Source of the DNA: a virus
Taxonomy: Duplodnaviria > Caudoviricetes
Length of the DNA stretch: 64,000 nt
Reading direction: 5' to 3' (one strand)
Virus record (IMG/VR): IMGVR_UViG_3300044542_000107
Span: 1-64,000 of that record
Position 1 is the stretch's first letter. Each line of letters opens with the position of its first letter. Shown here in pieces: positions 1 through 8,436 of this stretch. The notes beneath the pieces were generated by a model. It was not told the DNA's origin. It searched no databases and saw only the letters and a program-made list of their open reading frames with translations. The position numbers and the translations under genes were made by a program.

Positions 1-118
1 CGCATCGCATGCCGCCGACGAGGTGCGGTGGTGGAGGACACGGCGCGGCATCGGAGCCACCCGCAGATGGCGCCACATCGAGCGCCGCACGGAACGAATC
101 CTGAGGAGAACCAAATGA
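1..118 (+). CDS. 3' part of small Arg/Trp-rich protein (full copy at 47299-47472)
   Basis: Identical to the B copy; stop overlaps next ATG (ATGA). Confidence 0.6.
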   Translation, partial: ASHAADEVRWWRTRRGIGATRRWRHIERRTERILRRTK

Positions 119-217
119 GTGACATCGACGACCTGTGCGCGATCATCCACCGGGGAATCGGCCTCAACTTCGAGGACCTGGCCGAGGAGATCATCGCCGC
201 CGGATTCCACCGTGACT
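1..217. repeat. Copy of 47355-47571 (homologous early regions of A and B)
   Basis: 1-126 identical to 47355-47480, scattered substitutions to about 217, then unrelated. Confidence 0.95.
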
Positions 218-480
218 GCACTGCCACCGACATCGCCGACGCTATCCTCGCCGCTGGCTGGCGGCCCCCGGCACGTGTCACCACCACGGCGGCCGAGCTC
301 GACAATCTGCCGGGCGGATCAGTGGTCATCGACAGCGACGGCTCAGCATGGCGCAAGGGCTCTGACTATCGCGACATCCCGCGATGGTGGCTGGCGGGCG
401 CGCCTGGTGGCGGGGTTGGCTCGTCAATCGTCATAAATCACGCTCCCGTGACCGTCGTCTACACCCCGGAGGAATCATGA
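115..480 (+). CDS. Phage hypothetical protein (N-terminus shared with 47469-47762)
   Basis: RBS GAGGAG, ATGA coupling, MSDIxDLCxIIHRGIGLNFEDLA in both phages. Confidence 0.75.
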   Translation: MSDIDDLCAIIHRGIGLNFEDLAEEIIAAGFHRDCTATDIADAILAAGWRPPARVTTTAAELDNLPGGSVVIDSDGSAWRKGSDYRDIPRWWLAGAPGGGVGSSIVINHAPVTVVYTPEES

Positions 481-689
481 GCGCTCGAATCTGGGGAGCG
501 GATGAGACCCATGAGATCACCGGGATCGTGTCCACTCTCGCCATGGATGGCCCCTATGTGGAGCTCCGCGTTGACGGGGACACCATGCCGAGCCACCTCG
601 GCATTCGTGCCACCATCACGTGGCACGACGAGGCAGTCACAATCCCGGGGGCGCCGATACAGGACCCACTCCCAGAGGGGGAATCATGA
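477..689 (+). CDS. Phage hypothetical protein
   Basis: GGAGG RBS, ATGA overlaps at both ends. Confidence 0.65.
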   Translation: MSARIWGADETHEITGIVSTLAMDGPYVELRVDGDTMPSHLGIRATITWHDEAVTIPGAPIQDPLPEGES

Positions 690-937
690 CCGACTCGATC
701 TATCCGGCCGACGCATACCGGCAGGCATGCGACACCGCCAACAAGGCCAAGGACCTCCTCGCGAAGGCCGAGGCAGCCATCGCCCGAGTACGAGAGATCC
801 ACCAGCCGGTCGACGCCCTCAACGTGGCCATCGGCAAGGTGCAGCAGGTATGTACCGGCTGCGGCAAGGACGACGGCAACTGGGAGACCTGGCCGTGCCC
901 CACCATCCGAGCGCTCGAAGAAGGAGGCCGACGATGA
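686..937 (+). CDS. Phage hypothetical protein with H/CxxC/WPC putative Zn site
   Basis: RVREIH...CTGC...WPCPTIRAL; coupled ATGA. Confidence 0.7.
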   Translation: MTDSIYPADAYRQACDTANKAKDLLAKAEAAIARVREIHQPVDALNVAIGKVQQVCTGCGKDDGNWETWPCPTIRALEEGGRR

Positions 938-1182
938 GTGGCTCTCTGGCCGAGGTGATCTGTCAGGCCGCATTCGACCGCCATGTCCTCATCGACCGCA
1001 CCAACTGTGAGGCCCTCGCCGCCGCCGCCCGCGCATTCATCGGCGACGAAATAGCGGCAGAGCATGAACGGCTCCACTACTCCACTGAGAACGTGAGCGA
1101 AACTCGCCAGCTCAGGGATGCCCAGTGGTGGCACAACGGGATGGTCAAGGCCGAATCAATCGCGAGAGGAGACACGAAATGA
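934..1182 (+). CDS. Phage hypothetical protein (partial homologue of 47755-48042)
   Basis: Shared AAAARAFIGDEI and AESIARGDT segments. Confidence 0.7.
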   Translation: MSGSLAEVICQAAFDRHVLIDRTNCEALAAAARAFIGDEIAAEHERLHYSTENVSETRQLRDAQWWHNGMVKAESIARGDTK

Positions 1183-1235
1183 ACCACCAGAACGAAGCCG
1201 CAAAGCTCATCGAGGCGCTGGGAGGACGACTGTGA
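1179..1235 (+). pseudogene. 18-aa internally deleted remnant of the gene at 48039-48302
   Basis: MNHQNEAAKLIEALGGRL vs MNHQKEAERL...EALGIEQP. Confidence 0.55.
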
Positions 1236-1462
1236 ACCGCGCACAGATCGAGACCGTCTCCAATCTCGCCGCCGAGGTCGTCGGGCTCTGCAAGCTCGCA
1301 CTCGACCAAATCGACCGCGAGCGACAGGAATATGCCGAGTGGCGCGGCCGCGAGATCGAGCCGAGACATCCCTGCGACCGTTCCAACGGGTCGCGTGAGA
1401 CCGGAGCTCTGCGGCGGCGATCCATGGACCTCACCCGAGCCCTCGCCGACCTCCGCCGCTGA
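1232..1462 (+). CDS. Phage hypothetical protein
   Basis: GGAGG RBS, GTGA overlap. Confidence 0.65.
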   Translation: MNRAQIETVSNLAAEVVGLCKLALDQIDRERQEYAEWRGREIEPRHPCDRSNGSRETGALRRRSMDLTRALADLRR

Positions 1463-1534
1463 CCGGCGCACCGTCCATCACCCCGGTGGTGGGCGGGACA
1501 CCAGCCAGCGACCACGAAAGGAAAAACCAATGAT
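1453..1534. repeat. Conserved intergenic linker, second copy at 48505-48584
   Basis: About 80 bp near-identical, flanked by different genes in A and B. Confidence 0.9.
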
Positions 1535-1751
1535 CACCGCCAGATTTGCCGCCACATGCCCCGCATGCGCACTCACCATCGCCGAGGGCGCGCCCATCGA
1601 GCAGGACCCAGCCTCACGCCAATGGGTCCACCTCGGATGCCTCGAAGAACTCCGCGACACCCGGCTGTCGGAGGCCCCGCGCACCGTCTGCCCCGACTGC
1701 CACACCGTCCGCACCGTCACCGGCGCATGCATGTGCGAGGAGGACGCATGA
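1530..1751 (+). CDS. Small Cys-rich (Zn-finger) phage protein, homologue of 48858-49073
   Basis: CPAC, HxxC, CPDC, CxC. Confidence 0.8.
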   Translation: MITARFAATCPACALTIAEGAPIEQDPASRQWVHLGCLEELRDTRLSEAPRTVCPDCHTVRTVTGACMCEEDA

Positions 1752-1957
1752 GCAACGTCAAGCAGGCGATCCGGTGCCGCGACATCAGCGCCGTCAGCTC
1801 CGGCGCACTTCTGCTGCTCGGCGGATTCGTCATCGGCACCATGCACCCGATCAGCGCGCCAGCAATGGCGGTCCTAGTCGCCGTCGAGCTCGTGCTCGTC
1901 GTCGTCTGCTGGGTCGCCGACAGCCGATTCAACAAAGCAATCAAGGAGGACGCATGA
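1748..1957 (+). CDS. Small two-TM membrane protein (absent from B)
   Basis: Two hydrophobic stretches; flanked by AGGAGGACGCATGA repeats. Confidence 0.65.
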   Translation: MSNVKQAIRCRDISAVSSGALLLLGGFVIGTMHPISAPAMAVLVAVELVLVVVCWVADSRFNKAIKEDA

Positions 1958-2442
1958 TGCTCTCACACTGGTCCCGAAGCTCCACGCTCACCCCGCATTC
2001 GGTCGACCAGTCACCGGAGGGACGCGGAGACAAGCCTCGCGGCCTGTGGGTGTCCGTCGACGGGGAGGACGACTGGCCGTCGTGGTGCCATAGTGAGGGA
2101 TTCTGCGAGGACCGCCTGGTCCACAGATTCCGCATCACGCTCGCCGACGACGCCAATATCCTCCAACTCGTCGGCGAGGGCGGAATCCGCTCGCTGACCC
2201 AGGAGTACGGCGTCACCCCGCAGGGAATCACCGGCCGATTCGGACTCCGTGACTCGCACTGGATCGACTGGCCGCGCATCGCCCAGCAGTACAAGGGCGT
2301 CATCATCTCCCCCTACTGCTGGGGGTCGAGGCTGGAGGTCGCCTGGTACTACGGCTGGGACTGCGCATCCGGGTGCATCTGGGACGCGTCAGCCATCGCC
2401 TCGGTCGCCGAGATCCCCGCCACCAGCGAGGTGTCGGCATGA
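1954..2442 (+). CDS. Conserved phage hypothetical protein, homologue of 49070-49558
   Basis: KPRGLWVS, IDW, WYYGWDxxSGCIWD conserved in both copies. Confidence 0.8.
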   Translation: MMLSHWSRSSTLTPHSVDQSPEGRGDKPRGLWVSVDGEDDWPSWCHSEGFCEDRLVHRFRITLADDANILQLVGEGGIRSLTQEYGVTPQGITGRFGLRDSHWIDWPRIAQQYKGVIISPYCWGSRLEVAWYYGWDCASGCIWDASAIASVAEIPATSEVSA

Positions 2443-2840
2443 GCGGCCAGCATCGCGTGAACCTCGGAATCACCGACGAGAAGATGCCCGCCTACCAGCG
2501 CCTGTGGGACGAGGGACTGTGCGACCTCGAATGGACCAGGAAGGACCTGGCGCACAAGATCGCCGTCTGCCACCAGTGCCCGGTCCGCGCACTCTGCGCC
2601 CAGGTAGGACGAGGCGAGGAGGCAGGTGTGTGGGGAGGCAGGATCCACGGCCAGGCCGACGGAGTCACCTGCAAACGCGGCCACCGGATAACCGGCGACA
2701 ACGTGGCATTCCGCAGCAAAGGTGGCACGAAGTATCGGGTCTGCCGCGAGTGCCGCCGAATCAAAGCCAGAGGCGAATATGCGGGCCGCAGCATCGACGA
2801 GCAGTGGATCCACGAAGCAACACAGGAGAAGGCCGCATGA
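2439..2840 (+). CDS. whiB: WhiB-family regulator fused to a C-terminal Zn-finger
   Basis: C...CHQCPVRALC...GVWGG, then CKRGH...N...RVCREC. Confidence 0.75.
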   Translation: MSGQHRVNLGITDEKMPAYQRLWDEGLCDLEWTRKDLAHKIAVCHQCPVRALCAQVGRGEEAGVWGGRIHGQADGVTCKRGHRITGDNVAFRSKGGTKYRVCRECRRIKARGEYAGRSIDEQWIHEATQEKAA

Positions 2841-4285
2841 GTCTCACCATCACTGACATGTTCTGTGGGGCCGGCTGATCCGCCACCGGCGCCGAGCTGG
2901 TGCCAGGGGTCGAGGTTGCCACCGCCATGAATCACTGGCAGCTGGCCATCGACACCCATCACGCCAACCACCAGCAGACCCGCCACATCTGCGCCGACAT
3001 CTCCCAGACCGACCCGAGGTACATCCCCACCACGGACCTGCTGTGGGCGTCACCTGAGTGCACGAATCACAGCGTGGCACGTGGCCGCAAGCGCGTCACC
3101 TGGCAGGATTCGTTGCTCGACGAGAAGCCGCTCCCGGACGAGGCCGCACAGCGCTCCCGGGCCACGATGTGGGATGTTCCCCGCTTCGCCGAGGTGCACC
3201 ACTACCGGGCCATCGTCACCGAGAATGTGGTCGACGCCCGCAAGTGGATCATGTTCGACGCATGGCTCCACGCCATGCACAGCCTCGGCTACGCCCACCG
3301 CATCGTCTACCTCAACTCGATGCACGCCCAGCTTGGCGGATTGCCGGCGCCTCAGTCCCGCGATCGCATGTACGTCGTGTTCTGGCGCAAGGGCGACAAG
3401 GCTCCCGAACTCGAGAAGGTCACCCGGCCGCGCGCCTGGTGCCCGGACTGCGGGTGCATGGTCGACGCCGTCCAGTCGTGGAAGAGGCCCGACCGGCCGT
3501 GGGGACGGTATCGCGCCCAGTACGTCTACCGGTGCCCGCACTTCGAGTGCCGCAACCGGATCGTCGAGCCCAGGTGGCTCCCCGCCGCCGCGGCCATCGA
3601 CTGGTCGATCCAGGGCGAACGGATCGGCGACCGCACCAAACCCCTCTCCCCCAAGACCCTCGCCCGCATCAAGGAAGGGCTCCGCCGATTCGGCGCGCAC
3701 TCGATGCACCTGGAGGCTGCTGGGAACACCTACGACATGGCGTCCGGCAAGCCCGGCTCCTACCTGCGGGCGTGGCCCACCGACCAGCCACTCAAGACCC
3801 TGTCGACCACCGCCACCAAGGCGCTCCTGGTGCCGGTGGAGGGCTGCGACGGCAAGCACGCCCGCCCGGCCACGGATCCGATGCGCACCAAGACCACGAG
3901 GTTGGAGACCGGACTCCTCACCCCCTACTACGGCGCCTCCGAGACGGCCCAGCCCACCGACAGGCCAATGGGCACGCTCACCACCGTGGACCGCTTCGCC
4001 CTGGTCACCCTGCGCGGCCACAACGCACCCAAGCCCGTCACAGAACCCATGGACACCGTGTGCGCCGGAGGGAATCATCACGGCCTGATGACCGTGACCG
4101 ACGACGACGTGAACGCCTGCAGATTCCGCATGCTCGAACCAGATGAGGTGAAACGCGGCATGGCCTTCCCGGCCGACTACGCCATGCTCGGCACCCGAAG
4201 GGAGCAGGTCAAAATGGCCGGGAACGCGGTCACCCCTCCGGCCGCCCGGGATCTCATCTCGACGGTCGCAGAAGCGCTCGCCTGA
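2837..4285 (+). pseudogene. C5-cytosine DNA methyltransferase with in-frame TGA at 2876-2878
   Basis: MSLTITDMFCGAG*SATG in frame with SPEC, ENV, QSRDR, GNAV motifs; intact homologue at 49555. Confidence 0.85.
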
Positions 4286-4303
4286 CCACCACAACGCATT
4301 CAC

Positions 4304-4329
4304 AAGCCGCCGAACCAGGCGGCTTTTTT
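4304..4329 (+). terminator. Intrinsic terminator
   Basis: AAGCCGCC-gaacca-GGCGGCTT followed by T run. Confidence 0.8.
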
Positions 4330-4349
4330 CATGCCCGAAAGGAGTAGCA

Positions 4350-5087
4350 ATGCCTAGACGATCTGAGCTGAGGAAGATGGTCGAATCGTGCGCCAGGACG
4401 CGGCGCATCGGCCAGGTGTGGGACGACTGGATCCACATGTGCGCGATCGCGCTTCGCCGAGGTCAACTCGACGGCGCCGAGCAGCGTGAGGCCGACTACC
4501 TGCGCATCGCAGGCAGGTACACCGACGCACAGGTGCAGACCATGGCTGAGGCGCTCGGCCAGCTGGTTTCAGACATGGATGCCGAGGTTGATGATCACCT
4601 CGGGAAGCTGTTCATGGAGTTGGAGATCTCGTCGGATCCGCAGGGGCAGTTCTTCACGCCGCTGCCTGTCGCCAGAATGATGGCCGATGTGTCCATGCCG
4701 GACATTATGAAGGCTGTCGAAGAGCGCGGGCATGCGACCGTCGATGACTGCGCCTGCGGGTCCGGTGTGATGCTGCTGGCCGCGTTTCAGCAGGCCCGCG
4801 CGGCCGGTTTGAATCCGCAGACTCAGCTGTGGTTTCACGGCACTGACAAGGATCCGACGTGTGCGCGGATGGCTTTCATTCAGCTGTCGTTGATCGGGGC
4901 TCCTGCTGTCATCGTGCACGGCGACACGCTGTCGCTCGACGAGTGGGATGTGATGCCGACGTTGTGGCACATCGCCGGTGGCTGGGGCTGGCGACTTCGA
5001 CGTCCTGCCGCCCCGACGGTTCAGGTGGAGCAGCCGGAGCCGGTCGACGTGCCGACGCAGGACGCGCTGTTCGAGGAGGCGTCGTGA
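4350..5087 (+). CDS. Short N6-adenine-methyltransferase-like SAM-binding protein
   Basis: GQFFTP and DCACGSGVML motifs; no NPPY/F motif IV. Confidence 0.75.
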   Translation: MPRRSELRKMVESCARTRRIGQVWDDWIHMCAIALRRGQLDGAEQREADYLRIAGRYTDAQVQTMAEALGQLVSDMDAEVDDHLGKLFMELEISSDPQGQFFTPLPVARMMADVSMPDIMKAVEERGHATVDDCACGSGVMLLAAFQQARAAGLNPQTQLWFHGTDKDPTCARMAFIQLSLIGAPAVIVHGDTLSLDEWDVMPTLWHIAGGWGWRLRRPAAPTVQVEQPEPVDVPTQDALFEEAS

Positions 5088-5242
5088 GGATCAGGTTCTG
5101 CTGTCCGACGTGCGGTCGGCCAGCTCAGCGGACCGTCGCGTATCTGCGCGACAGGGCCGTTCTGGAGCGATTCTGCTACTGCCGCGCCGGTCACTACTGG
5201 ATCGTGAAAGGAGGTGCTCGAGATGTGGTTCAAGGTCGATGA
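5084..5242 (+). CDS. Small Zn-ribbon protein
   Basis: GAGGAGG RBS; CPTC...CRAGH. Confidence 0.5.
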   Translation: MRIRFCCPTCGRPAQRTVAYLRDRAVLERFCYCRAGHYWIVKGGARDVVQGR

Positions 5243-5996
5243 CAAGGCCTACGGGCATCCGAAGTTCCTGATGTGCTCGACGCAGGCCATCGGGGTGTGG
5301 ATGCTGATGGGGTCCTGGTCGTCGGAGCAGCTGACCGACGGGTTCATCCCGAAGGGTGCGCTGGGGATGATCAGGGCCGCCGACGGGGATATCGCCGAGC
5401 TCATCGGGGCCGGTCTGCTCTCCGCGGTTGATGGTGGCTGGCAGATGCATGACTTCGGTGACTACAACCCGTCATCCGAGCAGGTGAGGGATGCGAGGGC
5501 CAAGGCGGCCGAGCGTCAGAGGAGGAAGCGCAGGGGTTCAGATGGTCGGTATGTCACGCGTGAGTCACGGCGTGACATACAGCGTGACTCACGCGTGAGT
5601 CACGCTGTGAGTAACGATGTGACTTCGCGCGATGTCACGTCCACCCCGACCCGACCCGTACCCAATAGATCTACATCACCGACTGACGTCGATGATGATG
5701 CGATTGATGCAGTCGATGGCATCGCCGATGACACGATCAGTGACACGTTCGAGTCATGGTGGAAGCACGTGCCGAAGAAGGTCGGCAAGGGTCAGGCCAG
5801 GAGGTCCTTCAAGCAGGCGCTCAAGAAGACCGACCTGTCGACGCTCACCTCGGCGATGGACCGCTACGCGAAGTCTGTCGAGGGATCCGATCCGAAGTTC
5901 GTGGCGCATCCTGCGACGTGGCTGAACGGCGAGCGCTGGGACGACGAGCCCGACATCCCCCAGGCCGACGTGATGCCCGAATGGTGGCAGCGATGA
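5223..5996 (+). CDS. Phage replication initiator (RepA-like)
   Basis: MWFKVDD...TDGFIP...HDFxDYNPS; C-terminal HPATWLNGERW; internal iterons. Confidence 0.8.
   Translation: MWFKVDDKAYGHPKFLMCSTQAIGVWMLMGSWSSEQLTDGFIPKGALGMIRAADGDIAELIGAGLLSAVDGGWQMHDFGDYNPSSEQVRDARAKAAERQRRKRRGSDGRYVTRESRRDIQRDSRVSHAVSNDVTSRDVTSTPTRPVPNRSTSPTDVDDDAIDAVDGIADDTISDTFESWWKHVPKKVGKGQARRSFKQALKKTDLSTLTSAMDRYAKSVEGSDPKFVAHPATWLNGERWDDEPDIPQADVMPEWWQR
5553..5640. repeat. Iteron-like GTCAC/GTGAC cluster, probable origin of phage A
   Basis: Dense inverted repeats, e.g. AGCGTGACTCACGCGTGAGTCACGCT, inside the rep gene. Confidence 0.65.
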
Positions 5997-7165
5997 ACCC
6001 CACCGAGCAGGAACTCATCGGGGCTGCCATCGTCGCTCCCGGCATCACCGCCGAGCAGCATCTGGCCGGCGCCCAGTTCGACGACATGCGGCTCGGTGAC
6101 ATGTGGGAGGCCATCAGGCGGATTCACCTGTCGGGTGCCACGCCGACCCCGGCGACGCTCGAGTCGGAGATCCCGGGAATGGATCCCGGTCTGCTGGTCG
6201 AGTGCACCGGGCTGGGGATCCCGGCGAACGCTGGCAGGTACGCCGACGAGATCAGGGACCATGCGTGGCGCCGGGATGTCCGCTCGGCGACGATGGTCGC
6301 CCAGCAGATGCTCGACGAGGGCGCGCCGGTCGATGATGCGATCGCCCGTGTCTCGTCGGTGCCGGCGCCGGTCGACAAGCCTGCGACGGCCGTGGACTTC
6401 ACCGACTTCGTGACGAGACAGCTGCCGCCGACCGAGTGGGTGATCGACGGGCTGATCGCCCGCGGGGACCGTCTTGTGCTGACCGGGACTGAGGGTCTGG
6501 GCAAGACGGTGCTGCTGCGGCAGCTCGCGGTGTGCGCCGCGGCCGGGGTGCAGCCGTTCACCGGCGACACCTCGCCTGTACGCCGCGTGCTGTTCGTGGA
6601 CTGCGAGAATCCGGAGCGGATCATGATCGGCTCGTTCAGGAAGCTGCGGGACGCGCTGCACATCGAGACCCGGATTCCGTTGCGGATCGCCCGGTTCCCG
6701 CAGGGGCTGGATCTGACCCGCACGTCCGATCGGCTCACTCTGCGGCAGCTGCTTGTCGACAACCGGCCCGATCTGCTGGTGATCGGCCCGGTCTACAAGT
6801 TGTACGTCGGCGGCGCGAACTCGCGCGAGGAGGACCTGGCGCGGGCTGTGACGGCATGCCTCGACGGACTGCGGGAGGAGTTCGGGTTCGCGCTGGCAAT
6901 GGAGCACCACGCCCCGCACAAGGAGTCCGGGCGGGCATTCCGTGACGTCCGGCCGATCGGGTCGTCGCTGTGGCTGCGATGGCCGGAGTTCGGGCTGGGC
7001 ATCGCGCCCGACGACGGCTACCGCGACGACAACCGGGTCGTGAAGGTCGTCCACTGGCGCGGCGACCGTGACTCCCGCCCCTGGCCTGCCCAGCTCGTCC
7101 AGGGCGCCGTGCTGCCCTGGATCGACTCGGGCGCCGATTCCCACCACATCCGTAGAACTGCATGA
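5993..7165 (+). CDS. Replicative helicase (DnaB-like N-domain + RecA-like/AAA_25 ATPase)
   Basis: Walker A GTEGLGKT; follows rep. Confidence 0.85.
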   Translation: MNPTEQELIGAAIVAPGITAEQHLAGAQFDDMRLGDMWEAIRRIHLSGATPTPATLESEIPGMDPGLLVECTGLGIPANAGRYADEIRDHAWRRDVRSATMVAQQMLDEGAPVDDAIARVSSVPAPVDKPATAVDFTDFVTRQLPPTEWVIDGLIARGDRLVLTGTEGLGKTVLLRQLAVCAAAGVQPFTGDTSPVRRVLFVDCENPERIMIGSFRKLRDALHIETRIPLRIARFPQGLDLTRTSDRLTLRQLLVDNRPDLLVIGPVYKLYVGGANSREEDLARAVTACLDGLREEFGFALAMEHHAPHKESGRAFRDVRPIGSSLWLRWPEFGLGIAPDDGYRDDNRVVKVVHWRGDRDSRPWPAQLVQGAVLPWIDSGADSHHIRRTA

Positions 7166-7185
7166 CCCCCCGGAAGGAACATCTC

Positions 7186-7266
7186 ATGACCGACACCGAT
7201 GCCCAGATGATCGAGGGCCTGGCCAGCGGGCTCGCCAGGCGCGAGCGATGCGAGGAGGACGCATGA
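7186..7266 (+). CDS. 26-aa mini-ORF or remnant ending in CEEDA
   Basis: GGAAGGA RBS; same 3' end as 1530-1751. Confidence 0.4.
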   Translation: MTDTDAQMIEGLASGLARRERCEEDA

Positions 7267-8030
7267 GCAACATCGAGTGGATCCCGCGCGCTGATCCGCT
7301 GGGCCGGGTTGAGCAGTTCCCGGAGATGGCGGCCATGTTCGCCGAGGGCAGCCGTTGCGGTGACGGGAGGGCTCCGGGTGGCCGTCACGCCGATTCGGAG
7401 CGCTGCCCCGCCGACCTGGATCGCATCGACATCGTTACCGGCAAACCGGTGCCCCCTCTGTTGCGGCAACTCATCGACGGAGTCTCACGTCCCCTGTGGG
7501 ACGTCGCGGACGCCGGGGCCAGACAATCCCACCCCCAGCCTCTGGAATCGCCACAGTGGGGAAAAGAATGCGTCTGGCTGGCATCCATGTGGCACGACGC
7601 GGTGGAAAATCTCGACGAGCCCGGGTGGAAGGCCGTGTGCCGGACGATCAATCAGGTGTGGTCTCGGCTCGCCCAGGCGATCGCGCTCACTCCGCCGGTC
7701 AGGGACGCGCCGTGTCCCAAGTGCGGGGGCCGTCTTCGCCCGGCCGGCGACATGCTGGTCTGCGTCGAAGGCCACGAGCAGCCGGGCCCGGAGAGGCTGG
7801 CCGAGCAGTGGCTGCACCATGCGCCAATGACGACCCGCGAACTGTGCGAGGCCCTGCCCGGGCTCACTTCGGCGCGGGTGAGGCAGTGGGCTCACCGTCG
7901 CAAGATCAGGCCTGATTCGACGATCAAGGGCGCCCCGCTGTGGTGGCCGTGGGATGCGATCAGGCTGCTGTGGCCGCAGCTCGCCGAGGAGGTCGAGACG
8001 TCTGCTGCGGAGACTCCTCAGGCGTGCTAA
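7263..8030 (+). CDS. Putative late-gene regulator (Zn-ribbon + HTH), homologue of 54110-54889
   Basis: CPKC...C..H and VRQWAHRRKI HTH; last early gene. Confidence 0.7.
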   Translation: MSNIEWIPRADPLGRVEQFPEMAAMFAEGSRCGDGRAPGGRHADSERCPADLDRIDIVTGKPVPPLLRQLIDGVSRPLWDVADAGARQSHPQPLESPQWGKECVWLASMWHDAVENLDEPGWKAVCRTINQVWSRLAQAIALTPPVRDAPCPKCGGRLRPAGDMLVCVEGHEQPGPERLAEQWLHHAPMTTRELCEALPGLTSARVRQWAHRRKIRPDSTIKGAPLWWPWDAIRLLWPQLAEEVETSAAETPQAC

Positions 8031-8033
8031 GGT
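8025..8033 (+). promoter_or_regulatory. Putative late promoter, extended -10
   Basis: TG-C-TAAGGT over the stop codon; equivalent TG-G-TATCCT at 54879. Confidence 0.5.
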
Positions 8034-8069
8034 GTGACACAGTTCCTAGGCGTAGTGCGCCCGGAGCCT

Positions 8070-8099
8070 AAACCCCGGCCACAGGGTCCGGGGTTTTCT
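8070..8099 (+). terminator. Terminator just downstream of the late promoter
   Basis: AAACCCCGG...CCGGGGTTTT. Confidence 0.7.
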
Positions 8100-8436
8100 G
8101 CTGTCCCGGGTCGAACGTCCAGGAGACCCCAGACAGCTGGTTGTCCAGTGAGCGCATGTGACTGGAAGACCGCCACCTCTGCGCAGTCCCCGTCAGTGTC
8201 AAAGCTGACGGGGGCACTTCATATCCGCCCCGCCTCTCCACGATGCGCACCTGGCGGATCTTCTCTTGATCCCGGACCAACGGAGGCTGGAACCCTCTGC
8301 CGGGATCACCCCGCCACCGAATCAGTCAACCGATCCGGGTCAGGCATGGCGGGGCACATCCACCCGGCAGGGCAGCGCCGATCCTCACAGGGATGCGGAC
8401 ACACTCAGGGGCTCCGGCGTCCCTGCCGGGAGGCAC

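Noticed and set aside
2876-2878. TGA recoding (Gly/Trp/Sec) in the methyltransferase
   Set aside because: TGA is the main stop codon in both phages and only one such case was seen; a point mutation or sequencing error is simpler.
3050-4438. Long antisense and alternate-frame ORFs here and throughout (e.g. 9758-11437, 11278-12708, 20964-22139 on the minus strand)
   Set aside because: Shadows of real high-GC genes; no RBS or motifs.
5585-5592. TGACTCAC in the rep iterons matching the att arm-type repeat
   Set aside because: Single 8-mer that is part of the iteron palindrome, without the paired 12-bp arrangement.
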